From: Bdellovibrionota bacterium FG-1
GTDB lineage: Bacteria; Bdellovibrionota; UBA1018
Reading direction: 5' to 3'
NCBI GenBank assembly: GCA_051382295.1
Contig: JBBCAW010000123.1
Span: 1 to 30,706 of the forward strand
Length of the DNA: 30,706 nucleotides
This document shows positions 1 through 9,307 of this stretch, piece after piece (within the stretch, counting starts at the first letter, position 1; every line of letters starts with the position of its first letter). Under the pieces are notes generated by a model. That model had not been told where the DNA came from, searched no databases, and saw only the letters and a program-made list of their open reading frames with translations. Both the position numbers and the translations under genes were made by a program.

Positions 1-2
1 CC

Positions 3-221
3 TATATAGGCATTGAGCGCAAGATTCTCAACCGCATGAAAACGATGGCAAATGACGGGTTGGTCAATTTGGTCGAAACCAATGAACGGATGTTTGCCGA
101 GGGAGTCGCCGCTGGCTCAGATTCCATTACGGGCTTTGTGTCTGCCGGTGCGGCAGCAGCGGGCGGGCCTGATAAAACCTCGACGACCACCGCGAATATC
201 AAGAAGGTGGCCGGATGGTAA
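3..221 (+). CDS. 5'-truncated CDS, probably FliG C-terminal-domain protein
   Basis: Frame open from position 3 (YIGIERKILNRMKTMANDGLVNLVETNERMF...) resembles the last helix of FliG-C (xExxIxxxxRxLxxxGxIxL); overlaps the next gene and lies upstream of motAB. Confidence 0.45.
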   Translation, partial: YIGIERKILNRMKTMANDGLVNLVETNERMFAEGVAAGSDSITGFVSAGAAAAGGPDKTSTTTANIKKVAGW

Positions 222-721
222 ACCCAAACATAAAACCCTCGGTTGCGCTTTTAAAAGAGGTTAAGCTCTTTGCACCTTTTTCGGATGCCGAACTCGGACA
301 GATGCTTGCAGCTGGAAATAGTGCAATTTCTGAAGCCCACGCGAACATTATCATCGAAGGTGAAATGACCTGGGGACTTTACGTCATTCTCGAAGGAGTC
401 GTCGGAATTCTAAAGACAAATAAACTGACCGGCGAAGCCTATGACGTCGGCCAGCTTCGCCAAGGCAGTTTTTTTGGCGAAATGTCCCTTGTCGACGAAA
501 ATACTCGCTCAGCAACAGTTAAAGCCCTTACGGACTGTCATCTTTTTTACATTTCCAAAGAAAATTTTGAGCAGTTTTTAGCTCAGTCCTCTGACCGGAA
601 ACTGAGATTTTATGAAAGCTGTGTAAAAAATCTGGTCTCCCGATTGCGAGAACTGGATGACAACTACGTCATCAGCCAATACCAATTATGGAAAACAGCC
701 TTAAAGAAGGAGGCAGCGTAA
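215..721 (+). CDS. Stand-alone cyclic-nucleotide-binding (cNMP/CAP_ED) domain protein
   Basis: IIIEGE...LYVILEGVV and phosphate-binding cassette FFGEMSLVDENTRSATVKA; no HTH; ends KKEAA. Confidence 0.9.
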   Translation: MVNPNIKPSVALLKEVKLFAPFSDAELGQMLAAGNSAISEAHANIIIEGEMTWGLYVILEGVVGILKTNKLTGEAYDVGQLRQGSFFGEMSLVDENTRSATVKALTDCHLFYISKENFEQFLAQSSDRKLRFYESCVKNLVSRLRELDDNYVISQYQLWKTALKKEAA

Positions 722-724
722 CTT

Positions 725-1510
725 ATGAACTTTTCGTCACTGTTTGGCTTGATCTCAGGGATGGCCGTACTCTACGCTGCGCTTCACGCGACCACCGACA
801 ACATGAAGTTTTTTATGGATCTTCACGGTATTTTGATCGTTTTCGGAGGCACCGCAGCAGCCGCCAGCCTCAGCTTTCCTATTGCCCACGTAATAGGCCT
901 GATGAAGGTCTTTTTGCTTCGAGTGCTTGGGCGGCACCATGTCGATTATCATGGAACGATTGGTCAGCTGCTAGAACTCAATAAGAAGGCATCTTTAGGC
1001 ACCTCGGCCCTGAATGAATCGCTCGGAAGCCTGAGAAATGAATTTCTCAAAGAGGCCGTCGCATTGGTAGCGGCGGGGATCCTTACTGAAATCGAAATTC
1101 GACATACCTTGGAGCAAAGAATCAAAACCGTTGAAATGCGACTCATGCAAGAGGCCAATATGTTTCGCGCAATCGGGCGGTTCCCCCCCGCCTTTGGACT
1201 CCTCGCCACCACCCTCGGTATGATTGGGCTCCTTCAAAAGATCGGACAACCCGACAGCCAAAAACTCATTGGTCCCGCCATGTCCGTGGGGTTGATCGGA
1301 ACCCTTTATGGAATCGCTTTGGCTAATTTGGTTTTTATTCCCATTGCCGAAAACTTAACTGAACGCACCAACGAGGAAATCGCGCTTCGGCGCATGATTG
1401 TCGAGGGCGCCATCATGCTTAAACAGCAAGTGAACCCAATCTCCATGCGAGAGAGTTTGAACTCCTTTCTTTTACCGAAGGATCGTGTAGTTCGAAGGGC
1501 GGCTGCCTAA
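725..1510 (+). CDS. motA: Flagellar stator protein MotA/PomA family
   Basis: IVFGGT, PAFGLLATTLG, IGPAMSVGLIGTLYG, PIAENL motifs; 4 TM segments; directly before motB. Confidence 0.95.
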   Translation: MNFSSLFGLISGMAVLYAALHATTDNMKFFMDLHGILIVFGGTAAAASLSFPIAHVIGLMKVFLLRVLGRHHVDYHGTIGQLLELNKKASLGTSALNESLGSLRNEFLKEAVALVAAGILTEIEIRHTLEQRIKTVEMRLMQEANMFRAIGRFPPAFGLLATTLGMIGLLQKIGQPDSQKLIGPAMSVGLIGTLYGIALANLVFIPIAENLTERTNEEIALRRMIVEGAIMLKQQVNPISMRESLNSFLLPKDRVVRRAAA

Positions 1511-1519
1511 GGCTAACCT

Positions 1520-2326
1520 ATGCCAGTAAAAAAGTTTCTCAAAGCAGCCAAAGATATAGAAGCCTCATCAAAAGAGGCGCCTAAGGCCCCTGCCTCCCAC
1601 GATGAAAGCAATTGGTTGGTTTCGTATGCCGACATGATGACCCTGTTGTGCGGATTTTTCATTATGCTCTTTAGCATGGCCAAAATGGACGAACCTCAAT
1701 ATGAGAAGGTCAAAGAGGCCATGGTGAACCAATTTGGGGGAGATTATAAATCCCCAACCAAGGAGCTGGCTAAATTTATTACACAGATCCTTCAACAGGC
1801 CGGAATCGAACAACAGGTCAGTGTCAAAATTGAGGGAACCGGTGTCTCGCTGATCTTTGAGTCCACCCTATTTTTTGACACTCTCAGCGCTGAAGTGACT
1901 CCCGATGGCCGGACACTTTTAGATAAATTACTCACGATGCTGATTGGTCGAGAAAAAGCCGAGGCAAAAGAATACCAAATCGTCGTTGAGGGCCATACGG
2001 ATTCAAGACCCATTTTAGGAGGCAATTTTCCCTCCAACTGGGAACTCTCGGGGGCTCGGGCCTCCCGAGTGGTCCGGTATTTCCTTGAAAAAGGTTTTAG
2101 CTCCGATCACTTAACTGCGATTGGGTACGGAGACACCAGGCCGCTAGTTCCCTCTCGAAAACCAGACGGCGCTTATGACGAACAAGCGCTCGCAAAAAAT
2201 CGTCGAGTGGTTTTACGAATTCTCAACCCGAAAGCGGATGCAATCCCGTTTCCGACCAAAGAAGGAACGACAGAACCCCCAGCAACACCGGCCACTCCCG
2301 CAACACCGGCAAATACTGCCCATTGA
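1520..2326 (+). CDS. motB: Flagellar stator protein MotB with OmpA-like PG-binding domain
   Basis: WLVSYADMMTLL TM with essential Asp38; VEGHTD, NWELSGARA, GYGDTRP, KNRRV motifs; PAT-repeat tail. Confidence 0.95.
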   Translation: MPVKKFLKAAKDIEASSKEAPKAPASHDESNWLVSYADMMTLLCGFFIMLFSMAKMDEPQYEKVKEAMVNQFGGDYKSPTKELAKFITQILQQAGIEQQVSVKIEGTGVSLIFESTLFFDTLSAEVTPDGRTLLDKLLTMLIGREKAEAKEYQIVVEGHTDSRPILGGNFPSNWELSGARASRVVRYFLEKGFSSDHLTAIGYGDTRPLVPSRKPDGAYDEQALAKNRRVVLRILNPKADAIPFPTKEGTTEPPATPATPATPANTAH

Positions 2327-2373
2327 CTCCAGAGCCAACCGTTGAAATCCTAAGAGAAGAGTAGGAGCTCGAC

Positions 2374-2973
2374 ATGCGTTGGAATTGCCCCCATTGTGGA
2401 ACTAGTCTTGCTATCTCAGACGAAAAAATCGGAAATGGTTGGTCCTTTTCGCGTTGTTACAAATGCGCGGGCTATGGCCTGATTCGCCGGTCCGACGTCA
2501 ATCTGATTAAAGTCGATCGCGCCCCCGCTGGAGAGGCGATCCTCCTTCCGGAGGCCAACGAAGAACCCACAGCCGTCATGAGTCGGGCTGCGACCAAACA
2601 CCTATCAAAAATCATCACCCCCTATAGCGCCCAAAAGGTCATCAACCAAGCGATGAAACCCACTATGACCCAGGGGGAAGGACAGCCACCCCCTACCCGT
2701 GGTCATTTTGGACTGAACCTGCCGGCGCCCCTTCCTGATGAGCCGGTTCGCAGTCTTCAACAAAAAGCTTTGCCTTTGGCCATTGGGTTAGCGGGCGTGC
2801 TTGCGCTTGGCTCCGGTATTTATCTGTATGTTGAGGGCCAAAATTTGTGGGCAAAGGCCCATTTTAGTCCCTCCGATACAACCACCACAGCGGCTAACGT
2901 TCTAGTCGACCAAGTCCATTCAAAGGCCATGGCCCCCTCACGAGAGGCAGACGTAAGAACTACTGACCACTAG
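2374..2973 (+). CDS. Zinc-ribbon (MJ0042-like) single-pass membrane protein
   Basis: N-terminal CPHC...CYKC, Pro-rich linker, one TM (ALPLAIGLAGVLALGSGIYLYV); AGGAG SD. Confidence 0.7.
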   Translation: MRWNCPHCGTSLAISDEKIGNGWSFSRCYKCAGYGLIRRSDVNLIKVDRAPAGEAILLPEANEEPTAVMSRAATKHLSKIITPYSAQKVINQAMKPTMTQGEGQPPPTRGHFGLNLPAPLPDEPVRSLQQKALPLAIGLAGVLALGSGIYLYVEGQNLWAKAHFSPSDTTTTAANVLVDQVHSKAMAPSREADVRTTDH

Positions 2974-4447
2974 GGACGCAACGCCAGACAAAGATGCGTT
3001 TTGCCAACAAACCCCAACGCATCTTTTCAAGAGTCCAAGTTTTGGTGCAGGTTGCCTCTCGATAGGCAGGCTCGGAATCATAACGATTATCAGCCACAAA
3101 AAGCACCGGTTTAAGCAATTTTGGCCAGTCGGGCCCTTGCCCATCAGCCACAGCAAGCGAAGGCCATTCATCCATCGCCCTCAGATCGCGAGGGAGCAAA
3201 CTGACCTGCGCACCCGGTCCTTGAGCGAAAGCCGCTTGAGCGGCCGTCTGGTAGCGAACACCCAAGATTGGCCATTTTGCCTCTTCGGCCCCACCCTGAG
3301 CGGCAATAAAGCCGGGCAGCTCAGCCCAACCATATAAGTCATTCGTCACATCCATGCGTGGGTCCATCGGTTTGTCTGTCACACGATTAACTACCCAGGC
3401 CATGACCGGCAAATGGCAGCTCAAAAAAACCAAAGCACCTAAAGTTACGCCATATCCTACCTGCCATCGAACCAGCCGCCGAAACCGATGCTCCACGCCC
3501 GAAGACCAAGCCATGGCCAAAATCAATGGCCACCAAGCAATCAAGGCCCAATGAGGCTTAAAATCGGACCACAGTGGCTGCGAAAAAAAAACCACCATCC
3601 CTGGCGCCGCCCATGCCAACGCGAACAGCTCAGGACGACTGACTTTCCTAATCAATCCTCGCTTCACTAGATCGAATGAAAAAACCACCAAACCAGGCCC
3701 GGCAATCACGCATTCAATCAGCCAGAATCTCAAGTAACGAATGCCTGAAAGGTGGATGTCACCATGACGTTCGCGCAATTGATATAATAACGAAACCCAG
3801 CCATGCATCGCGTTCCAGTAAAGGATGGGCATGGCCGCAGCAAAACAACCCACGATCACGGCTAATATTCCCCGCCGCTTTCGATGCGCCGGAGCCCAAA
3901 GACCTATCGCGATCACCGCGGACAACGCCCCTTGGCCTCCCGAATATTTCGATAAAATCGCCAGGGCCACGCCACCAGCCATCCAAAAATAAGATCGCGC
4001 TGAAAATTCATTTTCAGGTGATTGACAAACTTCCCAGGTTGCCACGAAAGCCAGCATCCACCCCAAAAACAGGGGGGTATCAGGGACCATCATCCAAGAA
4101 AGTCCAAAAATTCCGACCAAAGAAACAAGAATCCAGGCGCCCGAAATCCCTCGAGGCGCCCCCGCACGCTCGAGCCAGCGCATTCCCAAAGCAAGCAAGG
4201 CGGCCATACTAGCCGCAGCTGGAAAACGAACAATAAACGCCGTGTTGGCACCATCGATCCAAGAAAAAAGCTTTTGAGACGCTGCCACAAACAATGCCAT
4301 GGCCGGTGGATGGTAAGCGTAGCCCCATGCAGGTTTTTGAGCGAGAACCCAATAATAGGCTTCGTCGTCAGTCAGGCCCAACACCGAGCCATGAAGCAGG
4401 ATCAGAAAAAAAAGAAGCAGCGGAAACGCCCAAGGATATCGTCTCAT
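2960..4447 (-). CDS. GT-C fold glycosyltransferase family 39 (ArnT/PMT-like)
   Basis: DDEAYYW...GYAYHPP, PDTPL and LSKYS motifs; multiple TM helices. Confidence 0.85.
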   Translation of the reverse strand: MRRYPWAFPLLLFFLILLHGSVLGLTDDEAYYWVLAQKPAWGYAYHPPAMALFVAASQKLFSWIDGANTAFIVRFPAAASMAALLALGMRWLERAGAPRGISGAWILVSLVGIFGLSWMMVPDTPLFLGWMLAFVATWEVCQSPENEFSARSYFWMAGGVALAILSKYSGGQGALSAVIAIGLWAPAHRKRRGILAVIVGCFAAAMPILYWNAMHGWVSLLYQLRERHGDIHLSGIRYLRFWLIECVIAGPGLVVFSFDLVKRGLIRKVSRPELFALAWAAPGMVVFFSQPLWSDFKPHWALIAWWPLILAMAWSSGVEHRFRRLVRWQVGYGVTLGALVFLSCHLPVMAWVVNRVTDKPMDPRMDVTNDLYGWAELPGFIAAQGGAEEAKWPILGVRYQTAAQAAFAQGPGAQVSLLPRDLRAMDEWPSLAVADGQGPDWPKLLKPVLFVADNRYDSEPAYREATCTKTWTLEKMRWGLLAKRIFVWRCVPSGQ

Positions 4448-4450
4448 TTT

Positions 4451-5404
4451 TTAATACTTACCCAAGGCTGCATAGTCCGGCATCGCAAATTCAATCATGG
4501 TTCGTATCCCCTTACTGAACTGTTTCCAATACTGCTCGGCCTTGCGAGGGTCTGCCGTTGGCAACTCAAGCGTGAGCGTGGGAATTCCCAACTCCTGCCC
4601 CGCATAATTCCCCAAAGACCCGGGAAAAAACCCTGTCGATACGGCTTTGAGCTGAGCCCTGAGTTTGAGGCAATCCCGAACATAGTCGCGCGGGAACTTA
4701 GAAAGCGAAATCGCCGATGGCCCATCATAATCCAGATGATTAAGGGGCGAGTGAACCGCCAATATTTTCAGAGGCCTCAAATGACGAATCAAATTTTCCT
4801 GAAACAGTGTCTCCGGCTCCGACCTTGGAACTGAGCCGGGAAATCGCCGAGGATCTGAGCGATACTTGACTTTCCAAGCCTTAAGTGCCCGCTTGGACCA
4901 ATCAGCCGTGGCAAAGTTCCGATTCACATCCACGCCATGAGCGTTCGTTCGCGTACGCGGATTTCTGAAAAACCCATCCGGATTGACCAGCGGAGCTAAA
5001 ACCACATGAACATTTGAAAGATTTTCTTTTCGCTCCTTCAACCAATGAGCCAACTGAATCGCCAAATAAAGCGGCGTGACTTCATCGCCATGAACCGCCG
5101 AGATGACCAACGTCACATTGGGAGAATTAACATTGCCAAATTCGGCAAAAACAAGCGGTCGACCTTCAACAGAGGCTCCTCCCATTCGCCAGTCAATTGG
5201 CCCTGCCTTCCCCATACAGGGATCAATCCCCCAACGAAATTTGGCGATCGCTCCGCGTGTATCGTCACACCATTTTTTGATTTGTTGACTACTCAGGTCT
5301 GCTGATAGCGCCTTTTCAATGGGAAATATCTCCACCGCACCGGCCCAAACCTCACAGCTCGCCCCCATCAGAGCGATCAATATCAGTGCTCTACAACGGT
5401 GCAC
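4451..5404 (-). CDS. Exported M14 zinc carboxypeptidase, MpaA-like murein peptide amidase
   Basis: HGDE, NPDG, RTNAHGVDVNRNF, AVHS and TLELP motifs; N-terminal signal-like segment; GTG start. Confidence 0.85.
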   Translation of the reverse strand: MHRCRALILIALMGASCEVWAGAVEIFPIEKALSADLSSQQIKKWCDDTRGAIAKFRWGIDPCMGKAGPIDWRMGGASVEGRPLVFAEFGNVNSPNVTLVISAVHGDEVTPLYLAIQLAHWLKERKENLSNVHVVLAPLVNPDGFFRNPRTRTNAHGVDVNRNFATADWSKRALKAWKVKYRSDPRRFPGSVPRSEPETLFQENLIRHLRPLKILAVHSPLNHLDYDGPSAISLSKFPRDYVRDCLKLRAQLKAVSTGFFPGSLGNYAGQELGIPTLTLELPTADPRKAEQYWKQFSKGIRTMIEFAMPDYAALGKY

Positions 5405-5429
5405 ACACGCCCCCCGGGAAAAAAGACCT

Positions 5430-6047
5430 TTAGCCGCTTCGCTTGAATTTTCGGTGAGTAATATACCACTTAGTCAGAACCAACAGAACCGTCCCCATAA
5501 TCACGAGTACAACACTATGTTCAATTCGTTGAATCACGCGAACCACACGGTCCAATTCATCCCCAAAATAATAAACCGAGCCGATGATTAAAGGGACACT
5601 AATCAAAGCTGCTCCTCCATCGTAAAAGAGAAATACGCGATAGGGAAGATGCAGTGTGCCTGCTGAAAAGAAAATAGGAGCCCTGAGACCGGGCATGAAT
5701 CGAGCGGCAAAAATCAGTTTATTGCCTCTTTGACAGAATTGGGTTTGTACCGCCGCCAAGCGATCATCTGGCAGGAGCTTGTGAAAAAACCATTTTTTGG
5801 TCAATTTCCGACCAAAATGGAAGCCAAGGTAATAGATCAGCGAATCCCCGATAATCACCCCAACTAAACCAATGGCAATCATTCCCCAAACGTCGGTTAC
5901 CCCATAATACGACAGCAGCCCCGCCGAGAAGAGCGTGATATCCTCAGGAATTGGCAACCCAAGCCCGCAAAGGAGCAAAATCCCCATAATCAAAAAATAG
6001 GGAGTTGGTCCGTAGAAATTCAAAAGAAAGTCAACCAGCCTGTCCAT
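5430..6047 (-). CDS. dedA: DedA family membrane protein
   Basis: GLPIPEDI, GDSLIYYLG and ARFMPGLR motifs. Confidence 0.9.
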   Translation of the reverse strand: MDRLVDFLLNFYGPTPYFLIMGILLLCGLGLPIPEDITLFSAGLLSYYGVTDVWGMIAIGLVGVIIGDSLIYYLGFHFGRKLTKKWFFHKLLPDDRLAAVQTQFCQRGNKLIFAARFMPGLRAPIFFSAGTLHLPYRVFLFYDGGAALISVPLIIGSVYYFGDELDRVVRVIQRIEHSVVLVIMGTVLLVLTKWYITHRKFKRSG

Positions 6048-6072
6048 AGGTAAGATTACCTTCTAACAGATC

Positions 6073-7035
6073 TCACTCCTTTGACTCAACTTTTCCTGCT
6101 GCGTTCTTTTTTGTTTGCGCCAAGGGATGGGTCCCTTGGTATTCTTTCATCAGAGCTGCCAAGTCGACATGAGTGTACCGTTGGGTGGTTGAAAGCTGAG
6201 CATGCCCTAACATTTCCTGAATCGTTCGCAAATCAGCACCTCGGGCTAGCAGGTGAGTGGCAAAACTATGTCTAAGTCCATGAGGTGAAAGACTTTTTGA
6301 TGAGGCGATCCGAATCAAATGTTTGGTCAAAATTCGCGCCACACTTCGCGCAGTGAGTCGAGCCCCCCTAAAGTTAACAAATAATGCCTCCACTCCCCGA
6401 GAGGCCCCAAGTGCCATGGGACGATCTTGCAAGTAAGTCAAAATTGCTTCTCGCGCTTGGGAACCAAAAGGAACCATTCGCTCCTTTCTCCCTTTTCCCA
6501 TGACTCTCACCCACTCTCCCGCAAGATCCAGATCTTGCAGGTCTAACCCTACGGCCTCACTCACTCTCAAACCACATCCGTAAAGAATTTCAAAAAGAGC
6601 CCGGTCTCGACGACCCAGCCGAGTAGAGGTATCCGGCGCCTCCACCAGCTCATTCATTTCGTCAATTTTCAAAAACCGCGGCAAACCGGGCTTGGCCTTG
6701 GGGGTCGGAACCAATAGACCAACGTCTCTTCTAATCCAGCCCTGCATGCGGGCAAAACGCAAAAAAGTACGAATAGCCGACAATCTTCGACAGAGACTGG
6801 AGCGCTGATGAGTATCATAGAGGTGAGATAGATAAGCCCTCAACTGAGCAGGCTCAAGATGATCGCCCAGCTCTTCGATAGAATTCACGCCAGAACCCAC
6901 CCCAGATCCCCCAGTTTTCAAGGTCTCCAGCCAGTGTGCTAAATCCTGACTATAAGCCCGCACGGTATTAGGACTGCAGTTTCGGGTGGCTGTCAGATGG
7001 CTCAAAAACCGATCTAGGGCTTGATCGAGGGTCAT
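6073..7035 (-). CDS. xerC: Tyrosine recombinase XerC
   Basis: SPNTVRAY, GLRVSE, GKGRKER, HGLRHSFATHLL, LGHAQLSTTQRYTHV (full catalytic set); start re-placed at MTLDQA (7035); neighbour of trmFO. Confidence 0.85.
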   Translation of the reverse strand: MTLDQALDRFLSHLTATRNCSPNTVRAYSQDLAHWLETLKTGGSGVGSGVNSIEELGDHLEPAQLRAYLSHLYDTHQRSSLCRRLSAIRTFLRFARMQGWIRRDVGLLVPTPKAKPGLPRFLKIDEMNELVEAPDTSTRLGRRDRALFEILYGCGLRVSEAVGLDLQDLDLAGEWVRVMGKGRKERMVPFGSQAREAILTYLQDRPMALGASRGVEALFVNFRGARLTARSVARILTKHLIRIASSKSLSPHGLRHSFATHLLARGADLRTIQEMLGHAQLSTTQRYTHVDLAALMKEYQGTHPLAQTKKNAAGKVESKE

Positions 7036-7073
7036 CCCCCAATTGTGCCAACTTGTGGTATCACCAGCAACAC
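7036..7073. promoter_or_regulatory. 38-bp divergent promoter region with extended -10 elements on both strands
   Basis: Minus: TG-G-CACAAT (7050-7042), 6 nt before xerC ATG; plus: TG-G-TATCAC (7056-7064), 9 nt before trmFO ATG; no convincing SD for either. Confidence 0.5.
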
Positions 7074-8426
7074 ATGTCATATGCAAAAGAATCTCCCGTT
7101 CACGTTGTTGGTGCCGGGCTAGCAGGGTGTGAGGCTGCCCATTATCTCGTAACTCATGGAATTCACGTAATTATTCATGAAATGCGCCCCGTCCGCACCA
7201 ACGAAGCTCACCAAACCGACAAATTTGCGGAGCTGGTCTGCAGTAATTCACTCAAATCAAAAGAAGCCCATTCAGCCCCTGGGATGCTCAAGGCTGAGAT
7301 GAATCAAGTCGGATCGCTCATTTTGGGGGCTGCCGCCGAAACGGAGGTTCCTGGCGGTCAAGCTCTCGCGGTGGATCGCGACCTGTTTTCCGAGAAAATC
7401 ACGCAGATCCTCCGCGAACACCCCCTCGTCACCATTGCACCCGGTGAAGTCGAGGCCCCCCCCCCAGACGCAACCTGCTTGCTTGCCACCGGCCCGCTCA
7501 CCTCGGAAAAGCTGAGCCAATGGATCGCTCGAGCCACCGGAACCGACGACCTCTATTTTTATGATGCTATCGCCCCGATTGTCGATGCCTCAACCATCGA
7601 TATGGATCACGCTTTTTTGGCCAACCGTTACGACAAGGGCGAAGAAGAAGCTTATCTCAACTGCCCTATGAATGAAGAGGATTACCACGCCTTTATCGAT
7701 GCCTTAATGAGCGCCGAAAAGGTCGCTCCTAAGAATTTCGAAAAAGAAACATTCTTTGCGGGATGCCAGCCGATCGAGGCCATCGCCAACACGGGCAGAG
7801 AAAGTCTTCGCTTTGGCCCGATGAAGCCTGTGGGCCTGACCGATCCAAAAACCGGACGGTGGGCACACGCGGTCGTTCAACTCAGACCCGAAAACCGTGC
7901 TCGGACGGCCTATAATTTGGTGGGCTTTCAAACCAAGCTCAAATATGGCGAGCAAAGTCGCATTTTGCGAATGATCCCCGCCCTTCAAAAAGTCGAATTT
8001 CTGCGCCTCGGATCAATCCACCGCAATACCTATGTTTGCGGTCCCAAAGTTTTGCGTCCGGACTTATCGATCAAAGGGCATCCAAAAACCTATCTAGGCG
8101 GACAAATCACCGGGGTAGAGGGCTACCTCGAATCGGCGGCCTGTGGCATGCTAGCAGCCATGTTCATTGAGCAGCGAATTCACGGAGCCCCGCACGAAGC
8201 CCCCCCTGCGAATACGGCCTTAGGGGCACTCCTGCGCCACGTCACCGGAAGCGATCCGAAACATTATCAACCCGCGAATATGCATTTCGGCTTATTTGAT
8301 CCTCATCTTTTTGATGGCGAAGCGGCGGATGGCTCACTCAAAAAGGCAGGACTGCGGCAAGCCATGGCTTCTCAAGCACTTCAAAACTTTTCACATTGGT
8401 GGAAACGACGATCATGGGACACTTGA
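7074..8426 (+). CDS. trmFO: Folate/FAD-dependent tRNA (uracil-54)-methyltransferase TrmFO (Gid)
   Basis: GAGLAGCEAA, AELVCSNS, FYDAIAPIV, FGPMKPVGL, VGFQTKLK, GQITGVEGYLESAA. Confidence 0.95.
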   Translation: MSYAKESPVHVVGAGLAGCEAAHYLVTHGIHVIIHEMRPVRTNEAHQTDKFAELVCSNSLKSKEAHSAPGMLKAEMNQVGSLILGAAAETEVPGGQALAVDRDLFSEKITQILREHPLVTIAPGEVEAPPPDATCLLATGPLTSEKLSQWIARATGTDDLYFYDAIAPIVDASTIDMDHAFLANRYDKGEEEAYLNCPMNEEDYHAFIDALMSAEKVAPKNFEKETFFAGCQPIEAIANTGRESLRFGPMKPVGLTDPKTGRWAHAVVQLRPENRARTAYNLVGFQTKLKYGEQSRILRMIPALQKVEFLRLGSIHRNTYVCGPKVLRPDLSIKGHPKTYLGGQITGVEGYLESAACGMLAAMFIEQRIHGAPHEAPPANTALGALLRHVTGSDPKHYQPANMHFGLFDPHLFDGEAADGSLKKAGLRQAMASQALQNFSHWWKRRSWDT

Positions 8427-9307
8427 GCGGACCGATCCTCATCACGATTGCCGCGCTCCTGTGGGGAACAGATTCCCTTTTTCGTTTTCCGACGGCCGGA
8501 GCAATCGACCCCACGCTTATTGTTTTCATTGAACATGCCATCGGTCTACTGTTGCTGGCCCCCTGGATCTGGTCCCGCCATCGCGGCGAAATGTTTAAAC
8601 TCAGTCTTAAAGAATGGCTTTGCGCCTTCATCGTTGGCGCGGGAGGAGGCGCTTTAGCCACGGTGCTTTTTACCGCGAGCTTTCGTTTTCTCAATCCTTC
8701 GGTTTCGATCCTTTTGCAAAAGCTTCAACCGGTCTTCACGGTTTTGCTCGCCTATGCCCTACTGGGAGAACGCCCGGTCGCAAAGTTTTATTTTTGGGCA
8801 TTGATTGCGCTGGGTGCGGGGTTTGTTTTAAGTTTTCCAGATCTCGATACCCGTTTTCTATACGAACATGGCAGCATCCATGCAAAAGGCGTGATTTATG
8901 CGCTGAGTGCCGCAGGCATCTGGAGTGTTTCGACTGTTTTTGGCAAAAAACTTCTGGTGAGCATCAGCCCGGCCGTTGCTACGTTTTGGCGTTACACTTT
9001 TGGTATTTTCACTTTAGCTACGATTTTGCATCTCGCGCAGGTTCCGCCTCCGTCAATCGCCGTTCTCACATCACAATCGATGATTTTTGCCCTTCTTTAC
9101 TTAAGCATCGTGACGGGGCTAATTCCGATGTTTGCCTATTACGTGGGACTTTCAAAAACACCTGCCGCGGTCGCGACCTTTATTGAGCTGCTGTACCCCA
9201 TCAGCGCGGTCATCTTAAATACGTTTTTTTTGCACACTCCCCTTTCTCCGATTCAAATGGGGGCGGGGGGCGCACTGCTTTTTGCGATCACGATGATCAC
9301 GATTTAA
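8414..9307 (+). CDS. DMT/EamA family transporter
   Basis: About 10 TM in two EamA repeats (LQKLQPVF..LLGER; ELLYPISAV); start overlaps trmFO end. Confidence 0.85.
   Translation: MGHLSGPILITIAALLWGTDSLFRFPTAGAIDPTLIVFIEHAIGLLLLAPWIWSRHRGEMFKLSLKEWLCAFIVGAGGGALATVLFTASFRFLNPSVSILLQKLQPVFTVLLAYALLGERPVAKFYFWALIALGAGFVLSFPDLDTRFLYEHGSIHAKGVIYALSAAGIWSVSTVFGKKLLVSISPAVATFWRYTFGIFTLATILHLAQVPPPSIAVLTSQSMIFALLYLSIVTGLIPMFAYYVGLSKTPAAVATFIELLYPISAVILNTFFLHTPLSPIQMGAGGALLFAITMITI

Noticed and set aside
2279..2313. Short tandem repeat
   Set aside because: Degenerate codons encoding the PAT-repeat tail of MotB; not a DNA repeat or CRISPR
4022..4834. 270-aa plus-strand ORF and other short alternative-frame ORFs
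   Set aside because: Antisense to well-supported genes with non-protein-like composition
6073..7035. Integrase of a mobile element
   Set aside because: XerC-type motifs, housekeeping neighbours, no att repeats, cargo or tRNA target
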